A DNA stretch of 53,244 bases, counting the filler, from Jimgerdemannia flammicorona (taxonomy: Eukaryota), in the NCBI GenBank assembly GCA_003990765.1. It is 3 parts of 3 records of this genome, joined end to end, with 100 filler letters (N's around TTAATTAATTAA, not from the genome) between each part and the next. Parts side by side here need not be neighbours in the genome. Positions count along the whole stretch, not along the records: positions 1 to 17,683 come from RBNJ01002452.1; positions 17,784 to 35,464 come from RBNJ01002453.1; 1 more part is not named here. The stretch is one strand, 5' to 3'. This document shows positions 13,485-24,900 of this stretch, piece by piece. The notes beneath the pieces are model-generated. The model saw only the letters and a list, made by a program, of their open reading frames with translations. It was not told where the DNA came from and searched no databases. Position 1 is the first letter of the stretch; each line of letters opens with the position of its first letter. The position numbers were made by a program, and so were the translations under genes.

Positions 13485-14633
13485 AATCTTATAACTGATA
13501 AGATAGTAGAGAAAGGTGTATTCACTTTTTTTATCTAAATTCTCCTATATATTATTAGTTTCAACTATCTTTCATTTTTAGTCTTTGATTATTTCTTTGA
13601 GTCTCAGTCTCATTTATTATCTAAAGGTGGAAATTTCTACCAACTATCTAAAGATTGTATTGACTTTTTGCTGGCTAAGATTATTGAATATATCATATTT
13701 AAAGATCTTGCTCTTTTGTAACTTCTTTTTTTTCTCTCTTTTACTAATAGAGATATTATCTCAGATAGTATCTTTAACTACTTATTTGAGCTCTATATCT
13801 TGATCTATTTTTTTAGCTATAGTTTTGATTTCTGTGAGTACTTCTAACTGTTCTTTTATAGACTATTTTACTGCTTTCTTCTTGAGTCTTCTTAGTGGTC
13901 TTTTATTGAGATATATTTTGATTAATTATAGTTATAGAGATTATACTAATCATCTTAGATACTTCAATTCTAACTTTAGTAACTCTCTCTATTATATAGT
14001 CTTAAGAATATCTGACTATTCAATATTATAGAGCATAAGTTACCTTCTATACTATATAAGTCCAAGACTATTAGTATTAATCAGATTATCATAGCTATCT
14101 CTAGATAAATTCTTTTTATAAAGATTATCTTAGCTACTTGATCTCTAATAGTATCAGTATAATTAGCCAGAATTATCTAATAGCAGATTTGAGTATAGAA
14201 AATATTTGGATCTTTATTCATTCCTTAGTAGTTACTATTGAGTTAGTCCTTCAGAGCTTACTTGATTTTATCTATATAGTAGATAGTTTGCAATCAGACC
14301 TTTTAAGCTATCAGTATTACTATATCATTATTTCTAATATAAGTTATAGTTATAAATATAGCTCTTATTGATTCTTAGAGACTAAATCATATTGGAGCCA
14401 CTTGTTGTTATATATACTGATAGAGTTCTTATAGTAGTATATTATTTGAAATTATCAAGAAAGATGATAATTAATTTATCAGAAATATATCTATAGAATA
14501 CTAATAATTTTATATCTATCTTGTTTAGATATCTTGATTCAATTTGAGTATATATTTAAATAGTAGCAGTTATTTATTATTTAGCTTAAAAGTGAGAAAT
14601 TCATCTTAAATTATCAGCCAATAGATACCAAGT

Positions 14634-15241
14634 TATAATATAGTAGATATATACTAGCAGAAGTATAGTAGATTTCTTTATCTTAAATACTTAATCTTCT
14701 TTGACTCCTCAGAGTTCTTAGATATAGAGATGAGTGAGTTTAAAGTATATCTATTTACAAGCTTACTAGTTTTTTGTCTCTTTACTTAAACTATGTTAAT
14801 CTGAGGTTTATTTACTCTAGATACTAGAGATATTTATATAAGTTTACTAGTTATGTATATAATAGCTAAAGTTAAGACTTCTTTTTTTATAAATCATTGA
14901 GAGATTGATATTTCTTATATTGATTTGCAGGTAAATTTGCCTACAAAAAAAAATTGAATTAAAAAAATTTTTTATTAAAAATTTTATATAATTTTTGAGT
15001 TTTATCAAAAAAAAAATTTAAAAAATTTAAATTAAATATTATATCAAAATTTTTTTTAAAAATATTAAATTTTTTGTAGATAAATTTGCCTATATCTGAT
15101 TACAACATAAGGATCTGTAAAATCTGTATAGCTGAGATATCTATATATCTATATTTTTTATATAATTATACAAATCATATGATTATATAAATTATATAAC
15201 TAAGAGATTAAGTGACTGCTAAACTATAATGCTATATTATA
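14634..15241 (-). repeat. 5' LTR of Gypsy element 8042-15241, interrupted by a MITE
   Basis: Matches 8042-8406 except for a ~200-bp insertion. The PBS and leader are directly adjacent at lower coordinates. Confidence 0.75.
14913..15112. mobile_element. 200-bp MITE-like inverted-repeat insertion
   Basis: TCTTATATTG...CAGGTAAATTTGCCTACAAAAA and TTTTTGTAGATAAATTTGCCTA...CAACATAAGG form imperfect TIRs. The segment is absent from the partner LTR (8042-8406). Confidence 0.65.
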
Positions 15242-16171
15242 TCAGAAATCAGATTCAGATATCATGATCAAATGTCTATCCCCTGATTGTTGTTCTTAAT
15301 TTGAATCAACTATCACAATATATTATTATATAAAAGAAGTTTTAAGAAAATCTTTTAAAATACTTCAGTATAAAAATAGTTCAGTAATTTTTATAATAAA
15401 TATATTATTTAAAAGTATATTTTCAGAGATAAAGACCTAGTTTCTTTAAAGATATATAGATTATATATATTTAAAGTCATAATAGAGAGGGAATTATCTA
15501 TAAAGTGCATGAGGGTTTGGTTTTTCCAGTCTGGCACCTGGCCTTGCTGTCCTCCATGCAAGCAATAATCTCATATGCCCAGGCTCGCCTGGAGCTTGGC
15601 AACGTCTGGATACTGACACAGGAAATAAGTCTGGTGGTGCAGGGGTTTACCATGATTGGTAGGTAATAGTCTCTTTGTAATGTTATATGAAAGCCAGAGC
15701 ATCTATGCCCTCACGGCAACTGGTGGTCTGTTCTACCCTTGGCAATGCAATTGTGGCTTTCCTGACAATGTAATTAGGGGTACAAGGCGAGAGTGATGGC
15801 TTACAGAGCTGCGCGCATAGATCTCAATGCAAAACTGCAGGACCTCCGTTAATCTAGACACCAAAGAATTTTATTTATTTTTATTTTATTTTTTCCGTAA
15901 ACATCTGTGAATGCGACTTGTATTTCTTTACTGCGACCACATCATAATTTTCAGCGCCAAATTGCTGGGTTACAAAGCTATGCAATGTCGACCAAAGAAG
16001 GGGGTTTTTTTTTCTATCTCAATTTCAACTGCTGACCGTAGCTAAAGTTTGGGTACGTGAACAGTGATCTTCAGGAGACAACCATCATCTCCTCCATCCT
16101 TCCAACACACCGGCACCTCGCCTTCTCAACAAGATCAACGCATCCATTACCGAGTGTAACGTTTCGTCATC

Positions 16172-17479
16172 TTACAAGAACGATCCGCCCCTTCCATGCC
16201 CGAACTTCGTCCCAAGCTCACGGCTATTGTCGATGATCTCTTTCTTCTTCTTGCCGTCCATTCGGCGCGAACCAACAACGTCACGCTCGCGGTCGAACCC
16301 ACGCTTCGACGCGTCCTCCTGCTCCCACACGCGCGATTTGATGTATGACGACTTGTGCATGTCCACGAGAGATTTAGCACGATGTTCGGCCTGGTAGGGA
16401 CGAAGGAGATATATATATTGGAATCATCATGGAGACAGCGCATGTAATTTATGTCGGGAAATAACGATAAAATGCGAACTCACATTATGTCTCTCGACCC
16501 TCTCTCTGGTTTCCAGGTCGGCTTTGGAATATTTGATGGGCTCTTCATCGTCCACCTCCTGCTTCCTCTTCTGGGACGATTTGCCCTCGCGCAGCCGCTT
16601 TTCGCGGTCGGCCGGTGTTTCCGTCCATCCGCTGCTATCGATTTTGGCCGGATCCACGTTCTTCTTACTGAACGAACGAGAGTTCATTGGGTCAGCTAAA
16701 GGATGGAGAGCATCGGTTCGTTAGCAACGTTTGGATCCAACATTTGGTGAAAATTCAGGGATAATCGTAAAACGCACTTACCACCGCCCAGGAATTTGGC
16801 CTCAGGAGGAACGAGCATCCACTCCTCGCGCTCGATTATGCCAGATGTCGCGGTGTCTTGGTCTGGCTGGGCGAGACGGGATGAGATTTTTCATGAAATT
16901 TTTGAGGCATAAATTTACGAAAAAAAAATAAAACAAAGTAGCTGCCTTACCCCTTCAAGCTCTTGCCGCGCACGTCTAGCACGTTCCTCAATTTCTGCAA
17001 TCGTGTAGCTCAGGTTATCCTGGATACATGTGGATCGCGTGTTAGTTGGTGTGTATATGTGTGATGAATTTGTCTGAAACCAAAATCACTACCTCTTCAC
17101 TCCCAAAGTTCTTTGGCAGCACTGGCCCAATAACCCAATCCTCCTGCTCCGGTTCCATGCGCATACCCTGCGGTTCCCCAAATCCAGGTGGCAATGTCGG
17201 ACCAACTGGAGCCCTTCGTCTTGGTGCATTCTCCTTGACAACGGATGCCTGTTTCCTAGCTGCGAGCAACTCTGGCGGGAGGGCTGGCGCGTATGCGTCC
17301 GGATCGTCATCTTCCGGCGCTGGTTCTTCCGGTTCGTCGTGCTTCAGCCGGACACCTGCAGGGATCTGCGGTCCCATGACAGTTTCAGACTCCTGTTGAG
17401 AGGAGGCGTCATCGTCTGGTTGCTCAGCTGCTTCTGAGAAGTGTTTCCGGAGGTGTTCTGGGATATCGGGACCGATCAT
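16172..17479 (-). CDS. GPALPP1: GPALPP motifs-containing protein 1 (DUF3752), 5 exons, 323 aa
   Basis: Exons 17479-17093, 17019-16951, 16866-16782, 16695-16484 and 16390-16172 are GT-AG and total 972 nt. Motifs include IGPDIP, MGPQIP, YAPALPP, VGPTLPP, IGPVLP, REEWMLVPP, SGWTETPADR, SLVDMH, FDRERD and C-terminal LGTKFGHG..SFL. Confidence 0.92.
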
Positions 17480-17578
17480 GTTGAAAGGTTCTGTCGACGA
17501 CACCAACGGAAAAGCCACCCATGCCATCAGCGTCATCGTCAATCACGTGTGTCTAGCGTCACAACTCAGCAGTGCCAA

Positions 17579-17603
17579 AATTATTTTTAGAAATTGTCAA
17601 TTT
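17579..17603. promoter_or_regulatory. 25-bp element with dyad AAATTG-T-CAATTT, copy 2, 100 bp upstream of the GPALPP1 ATG
   Basis: Identical to 4150-4174. A CACGTG E-box lies nearby at 17544-17549. Confidence 0.35.
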
Positions 17604-17683
17604 GCTATATATATGGCTTGCTCGTCATGAGGTCTTACAGAATGAGGCTGTAGAGATGCCCCTTTCTTTTTTTTTTTTTTTTT

Positions 17684-17783
17684 NNNNNNNNNNNNNNNNN
17701 NNNNNNNNNNNNNNNNNNNNNNNNNNNTTAATTAATTAANNNNNNNNNNNNNNNNNNNNNNNNNNNNNNNNNNNNNNNNNNNN
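17684..17783. other. Artificial contig spacer (N44-TTAATTAATTAA-N44)
   Basis: Exactly 100 nt with a six-frame-stop linker at 17728-17739. Confidence 0.97.
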
Positions 17784-18029
17784 GATGGGTGATTCGGATG
17801 GGTGATTCGGATGGGGCGATTCGGATGGGGCGATTCGGATTGAGTGATTCGGATTGAGTGATTCGGATTGGGGTGGTTCGGATGGGTGATTCAGATGGGG
17901 CGATTCGGATGGGGCGATTCGGATTAAATCCGAGTTGATCCGGATGGCTTCGGATTTGAGATTCGAATCAAACCGTCATGTGACGAATCGAATCCGGATT
18001 TGATTCGAATTGACTCGTTCGGAGCACTA
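17784..18029 (-). mobile_element. Left end (TIR plus 13-14 bp subterminal repeats) of a third hAT copy, reverse orientation
   Basis: Reverse complement of ~41326-41570: a (GGATGGGTGATTC/GGATGGGGCGATTC)n array ending TTGACTCGTTCGGAGCACTA. It is inserted into the gag region of the adjacent LTR element. Confidence 0.9.
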
Positions 18030-20592
18030 ATCAGTGTCACCAATCTCCTTGATGACTACTGTATTGGTTTGTTCTCTGGTTCTGCTAGCATTGCTTGGTT
18101 GGGCTTTGCATCTTGTTTTGGTCATACAACTCTTTGCATAGTGGCCTTCTTCTCTACATCTGAAGCATATGATATTGCATTCTTCTGTAGTAGCTGCAAA
18201 TCTCTGCACTGGTCTCCTGTTGGCACTTTAGACTTCTCTAACAACATCACCAAGGTGTGCAGTCATCTCAGTGAACTGCTTGGCAAGTTCCTCCACTGGA
18301 TCAGCTTTGGCTGTCTTGGGGGTAGGTGGGGTTGGTTATCTGTTTATGACTGTAGCAGGTAAGATACTAGTTGGCTTTGATGGCTCTATCTTGATGCCAG
18401 TTATTTTCTCCATTGAGTGTTCAGCAGGGTGTCTGGCAGTCCAATATCTCTGTGCAAAGACCACTTTCTGATCAAGGGTCAGTGCAGCTGGGGTAGACCG
18501 GATTGCTAGGGCAATTTCAGGGTAAACTCCTTTGAGGAAGGTTGAATCTGCTATTTGTTCCTTGAGGTAGTCATCATAGCCAGCCAAGACAATCTAGTGG
18601 CAAATTCAGGTATAGAATGAGTTGGTATCTTCACTAAGTCCCTGGCAGATAGTATTGAGTTGATCCTTGAGAGCTTGCTTGATCTCTTCAGTATAATATA
18701 TTGTTCTGAGGAAGACCTTCATGTTGGTAAGTTTGGCTGCACTAGCATCAGCAATGGTGGCTGTATTGAACTTGTCTCTGGCAGGTCCTCTAAGGCTGAC
18801 TGATAGAAGAGCCAATTGAGCATCCATACCAAGAGCTCATATGGTGGCAAATTGTTCAAAGTCTTCAATGAAGGTCAGTATTGACTCTTCAGTAGTATAT
18901 CCATAGAATGTGGGGGGGTACATTTCCATCTAATCTTGAATTCTTACAGAGGTGACTCTTGTAGTCAGGGTAGTTGTTGTGGGGGTTGTTTGTTTTTCAG
19001 CTTGAAAGTGAGGGATTCATCTTGAATCACCAGCCAATGGGCACTAAGTTGTCATGTAGTGGTCGCTGAGTCTTTCAAATATGTCAGATTCTTTTCAAGG
19101 TGTATCTCTTAGACTAACTCAAGTTTGTTATAAGCAAGTTCTTATTGGAGTACCTTCCCAAGGTCTTATAGTCCTCAAACTTCTTATCTTTAACTGTCTT
19201 GTTATCTCTTAGATTGCTTGTAAGGAAGTGTGTATATTGCACTGAGTTGACTGACTTTATTTCAGAGGAAATAAGAGGAGTATTTATACAAAATACAATT
19301 CAATGGTTACTAAGATATAAAGCTAAATATAAATTTCAATAACTAAAACTACTGAGTTCCAGAGTCAGCACTGATGGTTGTACAGGTTCAGGATGCAGTA
19401 TCATATCAAAATGCTGGTGCTGGAACAATTTTGCATCACCTCAGAATACCAGTGCTGGTATTATCCAGTGTTATATGAGAATATCAGTGCTGGCATTATT
19501 CAGTATAACAAGGAACTTAGAGCAGAAAGTTCAGAACCATGGGGGCTTCATCATCATCATCATCATCATCATTACTGAAGGAGATGAGATCTGTGAATTT
19601 ATCATGCAGATTGTGCATTTTGCATACTTCGATGTCACGTGGGATGACGTCATTGCCAATGATGTCATCACATTCGGCTGTGGTAGGGAAATTGGGAACA
19701 AGGAGATCTGGAGCTCTCCAGTCTATGATGTTCTCTTCCACAAAATAGAGAACAAATGTGGGGTCTTGGGGAGGTCTAACCTGGATGCTTGGGCCTTGGA
19801 ATACTGAGATCAATCCTTGTAGGAATTGATCTGGGTTGTCCTGGAGGATAGGATGCCAGAAGTCTTCTACTTCTTCACTGTTGAGGGTGATAGTGGACTG
19901 GGCTTCTGTAGCCACCCTGACTTCTAGTGCATTAATACAGTGAGATGACAGGTCTCTGAAGTCTGAGACTCTAATATACTCCAAGTTGGGGATTGACCAT
20001 AGTGCATATCTGAAGATCTGATAGATCTTCTTAGCTGTCCTCATTTCGCATATATCCATAGGAGTGGCATCTTGTAGCTCTTGAGTGCTGGCCTGTGGGA
20101 ACTCCCAGTAGAGGAGATTTCCTATTTTGTACTCCTACCATATTTGGAGTCATTCGGTAGCAATAGTGATTCTTGTTTCCATTTCGCGGTAGTAGAGAAT
20201 AAAGTGATAAGGGTCTGCAGTACCCAGGTTGACACTAGGAGTCCTTCTTGAGTGAGTCTCCATGGCTCTTCTGATGTCTTGGAACATTCTTTCCTCAACT
20301 GAGATACCTTGGTGATTCCTTGACCTTGAGGTTTGGTGGGCAGCAGGCATTTTGTTTGTGGTAAGTCTTTGAGCTATTTTGAGATTGGTGGTTCTTATTG
20401 GTTGCTGCTACTGCAGTTCCTTGATCCTTCTTTTATATTCTTCAGGATGCTTATACTGTGGTCACAATGACTCACAGTTGGTCATCATTGCTTATCTCGT
20501 ATGCTATATGATCTTCTTATGCTCTGATCTGGTGGCTTGCAAGGAAAGGCTGTCTCCTGTATTGATATCATCATTCTGGGGTTACCATTACA
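18030..20592 (-). mobile_element. 5' part of a Ty3/Gypsy-like LTR element (LTR, PBS, gag), truncated by hAT insertion
   Basis: LTR 20592-19050 has TGTAATG...CATGACA termini. PBS-like T(G>A)GTGCCCATTGGCTG at 19031-19046. Gag starts at ATG 18929 (MEMYPPTFYGYTTEESILTFIEDFEQF) and has a CCHC knuckle ICFRCREEGHYAKSC at ~18130-18175. Confidence 0.85.
19517..20350 (-). pseudogene. Accessory ORF of unknown function inside the LTR (277 codons, 2 in-frame stops)
   Basis: ORFs 20150..20350 and 19517..20059 are in the same frame, bridged by *LQIW*EYKIGNLLYWEFPQASTQELQDATP. Both stops (TGA, TAG) can be explained by single transitions. The C-terminus is acidic (DDDDDDDE). Confidence 0.6.
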
Positions 20593-21720
20593 ATATATTT
20601 ATATAGTATAGTATTGACATCATCTCTTACTTCTTTATGATCTTTAGAACTTTTTTGATTAATTACTCTAGATTGAGAAATATAGTTTTTGTTATAAACT
20701 ATATAAAGTTTATCTTTGGCCTCTTTAATCTAAATATATTTCCAATTATGTGATAAAAAATATTCTAGCTTAAGCTTAGGATTAAGTACTGGTTTTCATT
20801 AAAAAATAAAATAAAATAAAATTTAAAATAAATTAGTAGTGGTCAATAAGTAAATTTCAAAATAGATTTATACTATTTCTGATATCAAGCAAATTTCAAA
20901 ATATATTTTACTATTTCTGATATTAAGAAAATTTTGAAATATTTACTTATCAGTACTAATATAATAAATTGAAGTATTTGTTATTAAATAATATGTCTTC
21001 AACTTAGTAATAGCTATAGTTAGTATTAGGTAAATAATATTCAACTCTTCTGTATGTTTTTAAATTTTTTGATCATTATTCTCCAATATCCATTAGAAAG
21101 TTGTAAATAAGAATAGCAGAATAAATTATTAAATATTTATAATAAGTTATAATATCTGTTACTTATTTAAAGTACTTTAGTATATCAATAATATCTTTTA
21201 GCATCTGTCAAGTATAGTCTTCTATAATATATTTTCACAAATCTTTATCAGCTATAACTATTGAAATTAAAGGTTATTAATAAATTAATTTATTAGATTA
21301 TTTGAAGAAAAAACTAAAAAATAAAAAAATTAAATATAATATAATCAACTTATCTCTAATAATTCTAAGATCTATTTAACTATCAAATATGTTAAATTTT
21401 ATTGAGTTTTAATATCTAAAATAAGTTCTTTTAGATTGCAGACCCTAAAAGCTTTATATTATACAGTAAATCTCTCTCAACATTATAGTAATAACTGGAC
21501 CTTAATAATAATTAATCAGAGTTTTGATATTATTTCTCCAGAACTATCTTCACTCATATATTATCATTAGTTTTTAAATAGACTAAAAGTTCTGAACAAC
21601 TAAATTAATAATATGAGCCAAATAATATATATATTATATTGACTAATAGTTGAAGTTAGTATGATTGAACTCTGTTGAAAAATAGATATATTATCTATTA
21701 TTATAGCTAATATCTAGAGA
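20593..21720 (-). pseudogene. Degenerate hAT transposase fragment (second, divergent family)
   Basis: Minus-strand remnants ILAIIIDNIS (TDNAS-like), YIYYLAHIINLVVQNFL (HxRCxAHxxNL), ILDIKTQ*NLTYLI (TRWNSTY) and VLNPKLKLEYF (LDPR.K). Confidence 0.75.
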
Positions 21721-21749
21721 GAAAAATCAAAAATTCAAATATAAGATAA

Positions 21750-21965
21750 TCTTTTTTCAAAAACCTGACCTCTTTCAAAAATCTGATTTTTTTTCAAAAA
21801 TCTGATCTTTTTTGAATACCTAACTTTTTTTTAAAAACTCAACCTTTTTTAAAAAACCCAACCTTTTTTTTAAAAAACTTAATCTTTTTTGAAAACCCAA
21901 TCTTTTTCAAAAACCTGACCTTTTTTAAAAATTTAATCTTTTTAAAATATAATCTTTTTGAAAGA
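21750..21965. repeat. ~21-bp tandem repeat (AAAACCTGACCTTTTTTCA-like, ~10 units), probably intronic in the hAT remnant
   Basis: Visible periodic AAAA(A)CC(T/C)(G/A)A(C/T)CTTTTTT units. Confidence 0.7.
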
Positions 21966-21969
21966 CTTA

Positions 21970-24900
21970 TTTTTTATATATCTTTGTCTATATACCAAAA
22001 TCTTAAATATAGTTCACAAAGACATTAGTAAGATTTTCACCTGAATGATATCCTGATAGCTTGACAAAATCAATTAATATATAGTATGATACACTAAAAT
22101 AATTATAACTCAGATGATATAAATATATAGTATAGTAACCAGATATAGCAACCATTGCTGTAGAAAACTGTATAAATAGCCAGACTACTATATAAGATAT
22201 ATCTGTGCAGAATCTGTATACCTGTGCTGGATCTGTACACTTATGCTGAACCTATATAACTTACCATAAGTAGCAAATCTATAGTTAGTCACATAGTAAC
22301 CAGATAGTAACTACAATGTATAAAATACCCTAGAGACAAGAGTGAATAAACCTCAGTTTGAAATTCAAAGAGTGTCTATCACACTTTGAGAGAAACTTTA
22401 AAACCACTGCTAGGAGATTGTGAGCTTTACTTTTTCCCACTCTGGTCTACTTTCCAATATAAAGAACAAGTCTGTTTTTGGTTTACTTACCAGATAAGCT
22501 GAGTTTGCTACCTAAGTTCAAGGAAGAACTTTGCCACCTTTTGAAGAGAAATCCACATTCCCAGAGAGCCCACCTTAAGGAATCTTACTATAAGCCAGTC
22601 TCATAACACAACTTTGCAGTGATCTATTCATGTAAACAAAGCCAGTCTTTGATATAACTTTGCCAAAAATCTGAGTTATTGAATTATCTGCCTCCTGAGT
22701 CATCTAAGTTATCTATGATATCTAAGTTATTTAAGCTATCCATGTCATCTAAGTTATTAGTTTATTCCTAGTGAGCCCAATTTAGAGAATTCACTACTAG
22801 TATTATTTCTAGTAAGAAAAATCTGCACCATCCTCTATTCTCAGTAAACCACTGATTCAGGAGAGTCTGTACCAAATCGAGTTATCTGTCAAATTGTCAG
22901 AATATTATACATAAGAAATCCACTGTACTATATAGAGATCATTACATTATATAAGAGATCATCATACAGAAATTATATACTTTTGGAGATTATCATACTA
23001 TACAGAGATCATCATATAGAAATCATATAAGGAGAACTACCAAATTGTCAGACCATTATGCATAAGGAATGCTTGTACTATATATACAAATTACTGCTAC
23101 ACCCAGAGAACTATCTCAATAAGGAAATTGCTTGCAGATATCCAGCTTTGACTATTATACTACTAAATACTAAGAATATTTTATTACTTTTAACAAAGTA
23201 ACTGGGGGCTCAAGCCAAACTACACCAATCTCCAACCTTGTAATTTGTCTCCATTGAGTCAGGTATGTTATATTTGGAGGCTCAACTAGGAAGATTTCAA
23301 AATCAACATGACTTTTTAGCTCACAAGAATCCACAGTCAAACTGGATACATTTGATACAACATCAATCTCTACCACTACAGAAGAACCAGTCATCACTAA
23401 TATTTGAACAGAAAGAGAAGTAATAACTTCAAGACTTACCAACTATATAGTATCAGAAGAATCCCAATCAGAACCAGAAGCTATATAGTTCAAAATCTCC
23501 AATTAGATCAATCAGACAACACAGGTAGTTCTGTTAGAGACTTTAGAGAACTTGTCCAAGAACTAAAAGATCTTATTACATAAGCTCAAAATTATGCAGC
23601 CAGATACCCTATAGCAGTCCCACCAATCTCACCCATAGAATCTTTACCACTAGTTCTTGTAGAACTGGAAGTAGCTCCTATAAGAATATCTAGGCTCATT
23701 CTACTTCATTCAAGGTCCAGAACACCATCCTCAAGATACCCAAGTACCCCCATCTCTAGTAACAGTTCAGAAAGTAAATCTGAATCAGAATTGGGACTAG
23801 AATCAGAATCAGAAGAAAGTGATAACAAAATGGCCACCTTATTGCCAATTTTTGCAGGATATCCAGAGGAAGACCCTAGATAATTCCTTAATGGAATTGA
23901 AGGAATCACAGCTCTGAGAAATCTCTCAGATGAAAGGAAAATCACCATCTATAAGGCCCAGCTCAGAGAACCAGCTAGAGGAATTTTCCACTGAACAGCA
24001 AATGACCCCCACTTAGAACTGGCAGCACAAATATAAGTAGTAGCATCCTATGAGCTGAAGTATGTAGCCATAGTCCACTGACTTATTGAAAAATATACAG
24101 GAAATGAAATCTGCCATAAGGCTCAAAAATCCATCATAGGGATGAAGATAAATCTTGGAGAATCACTCAGAGCCTTCTTCACAAGAATCTAGAAGAGAAT
24201 GTATGCTACTAGGTTCAATGCCACCAACCAAGACATCATAGGTCCAATGATCTTTATAAATGGAATTCCCCTGAATATTGCCTAGTATGTCCATACCTTA
24301 GACATCAGAAGGTCTGAAGAGCAGGTTGATACAGCCCAAGGATTCTTTAATATCAGACAAGGAACTACCTAGAGTGACCATAACAAGAAGGAGGACAAAG
24401 AAGATATCCTGGTCAAAGCCATATAAGGACTCCTTCAAGGACAAGAAAGGTCTGAAGAAAGAAGACCAGCCAAGGAAGGAAAGAAGAACAGGAGTGAAAT
24501 CTAAGACCTCAGCTCTAAATTGGACTAATTGGTTAGGCAGATTGAAAAACTCACTACATGTAAAAATCAGAGCTACCAAGATAACAGAGAATACCCACCT
24601 TAGAGGAACCAAGGTTATCCACTCAGAGATAACAAGAACTATCAGTAAAAAGAAAGAAGATATCCTATCCAGGACAGAGCCCAAGTCCAATGTTTCTACT
24701 GTAGATAATTCAGACACTATGCCACTGAATGTGACAACAAAAGAAGTGACTGAAGGGACTCAGAACTCCCAAATTGAAGGAATGACACTCAGTACAAGAA
24801 GACTGAAGCTCACTCTGTTGAAGATTTCAAAGAAGCAAGTAATAGTGAAGTCTACAGTAACCTAGACTTGTACCCTACTAAGATTACCATCTAGAAAACA

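Larger units (their letters stand above)
8042..15241 (-). mobile_element. Full-length but extremely mutated Ty3/Gypsy LTR retrotransposon (gag-PR-RT-RNaseH-IN)
   Basis: Paired LTRs and a PBS-like TGGTATCTATTGGCTG at ~14615-14630. Minus-strand remnants are gag (~14500, homologous to gag at 18929), RT LKLCIDYKKLNKVTKKD*KLLPLISDIL (~10370-10450), RNase H SYKLQYLAVI*TIEKFYYYLI...FTILTNY (~9480-9650) and an integrase AYY.R(G)NGQTER remnant (~8630-8665). Confidence 0.85.

Noticed and set aside
17728..17739. TTAATTAATTAA palindrome as a biological site
   Set aside because: It is a synthetic six-frame-stop linker embedded in N runs and repeated identically at 35509-35520.
19378..19807. Plus-strand ORFs with poly-His, poly-Ile or poly-Ser
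   Set aside because: These are antisense or other-frame readings of the (GAT)n poly-Asp tract of the minus-strand LTR ORF.
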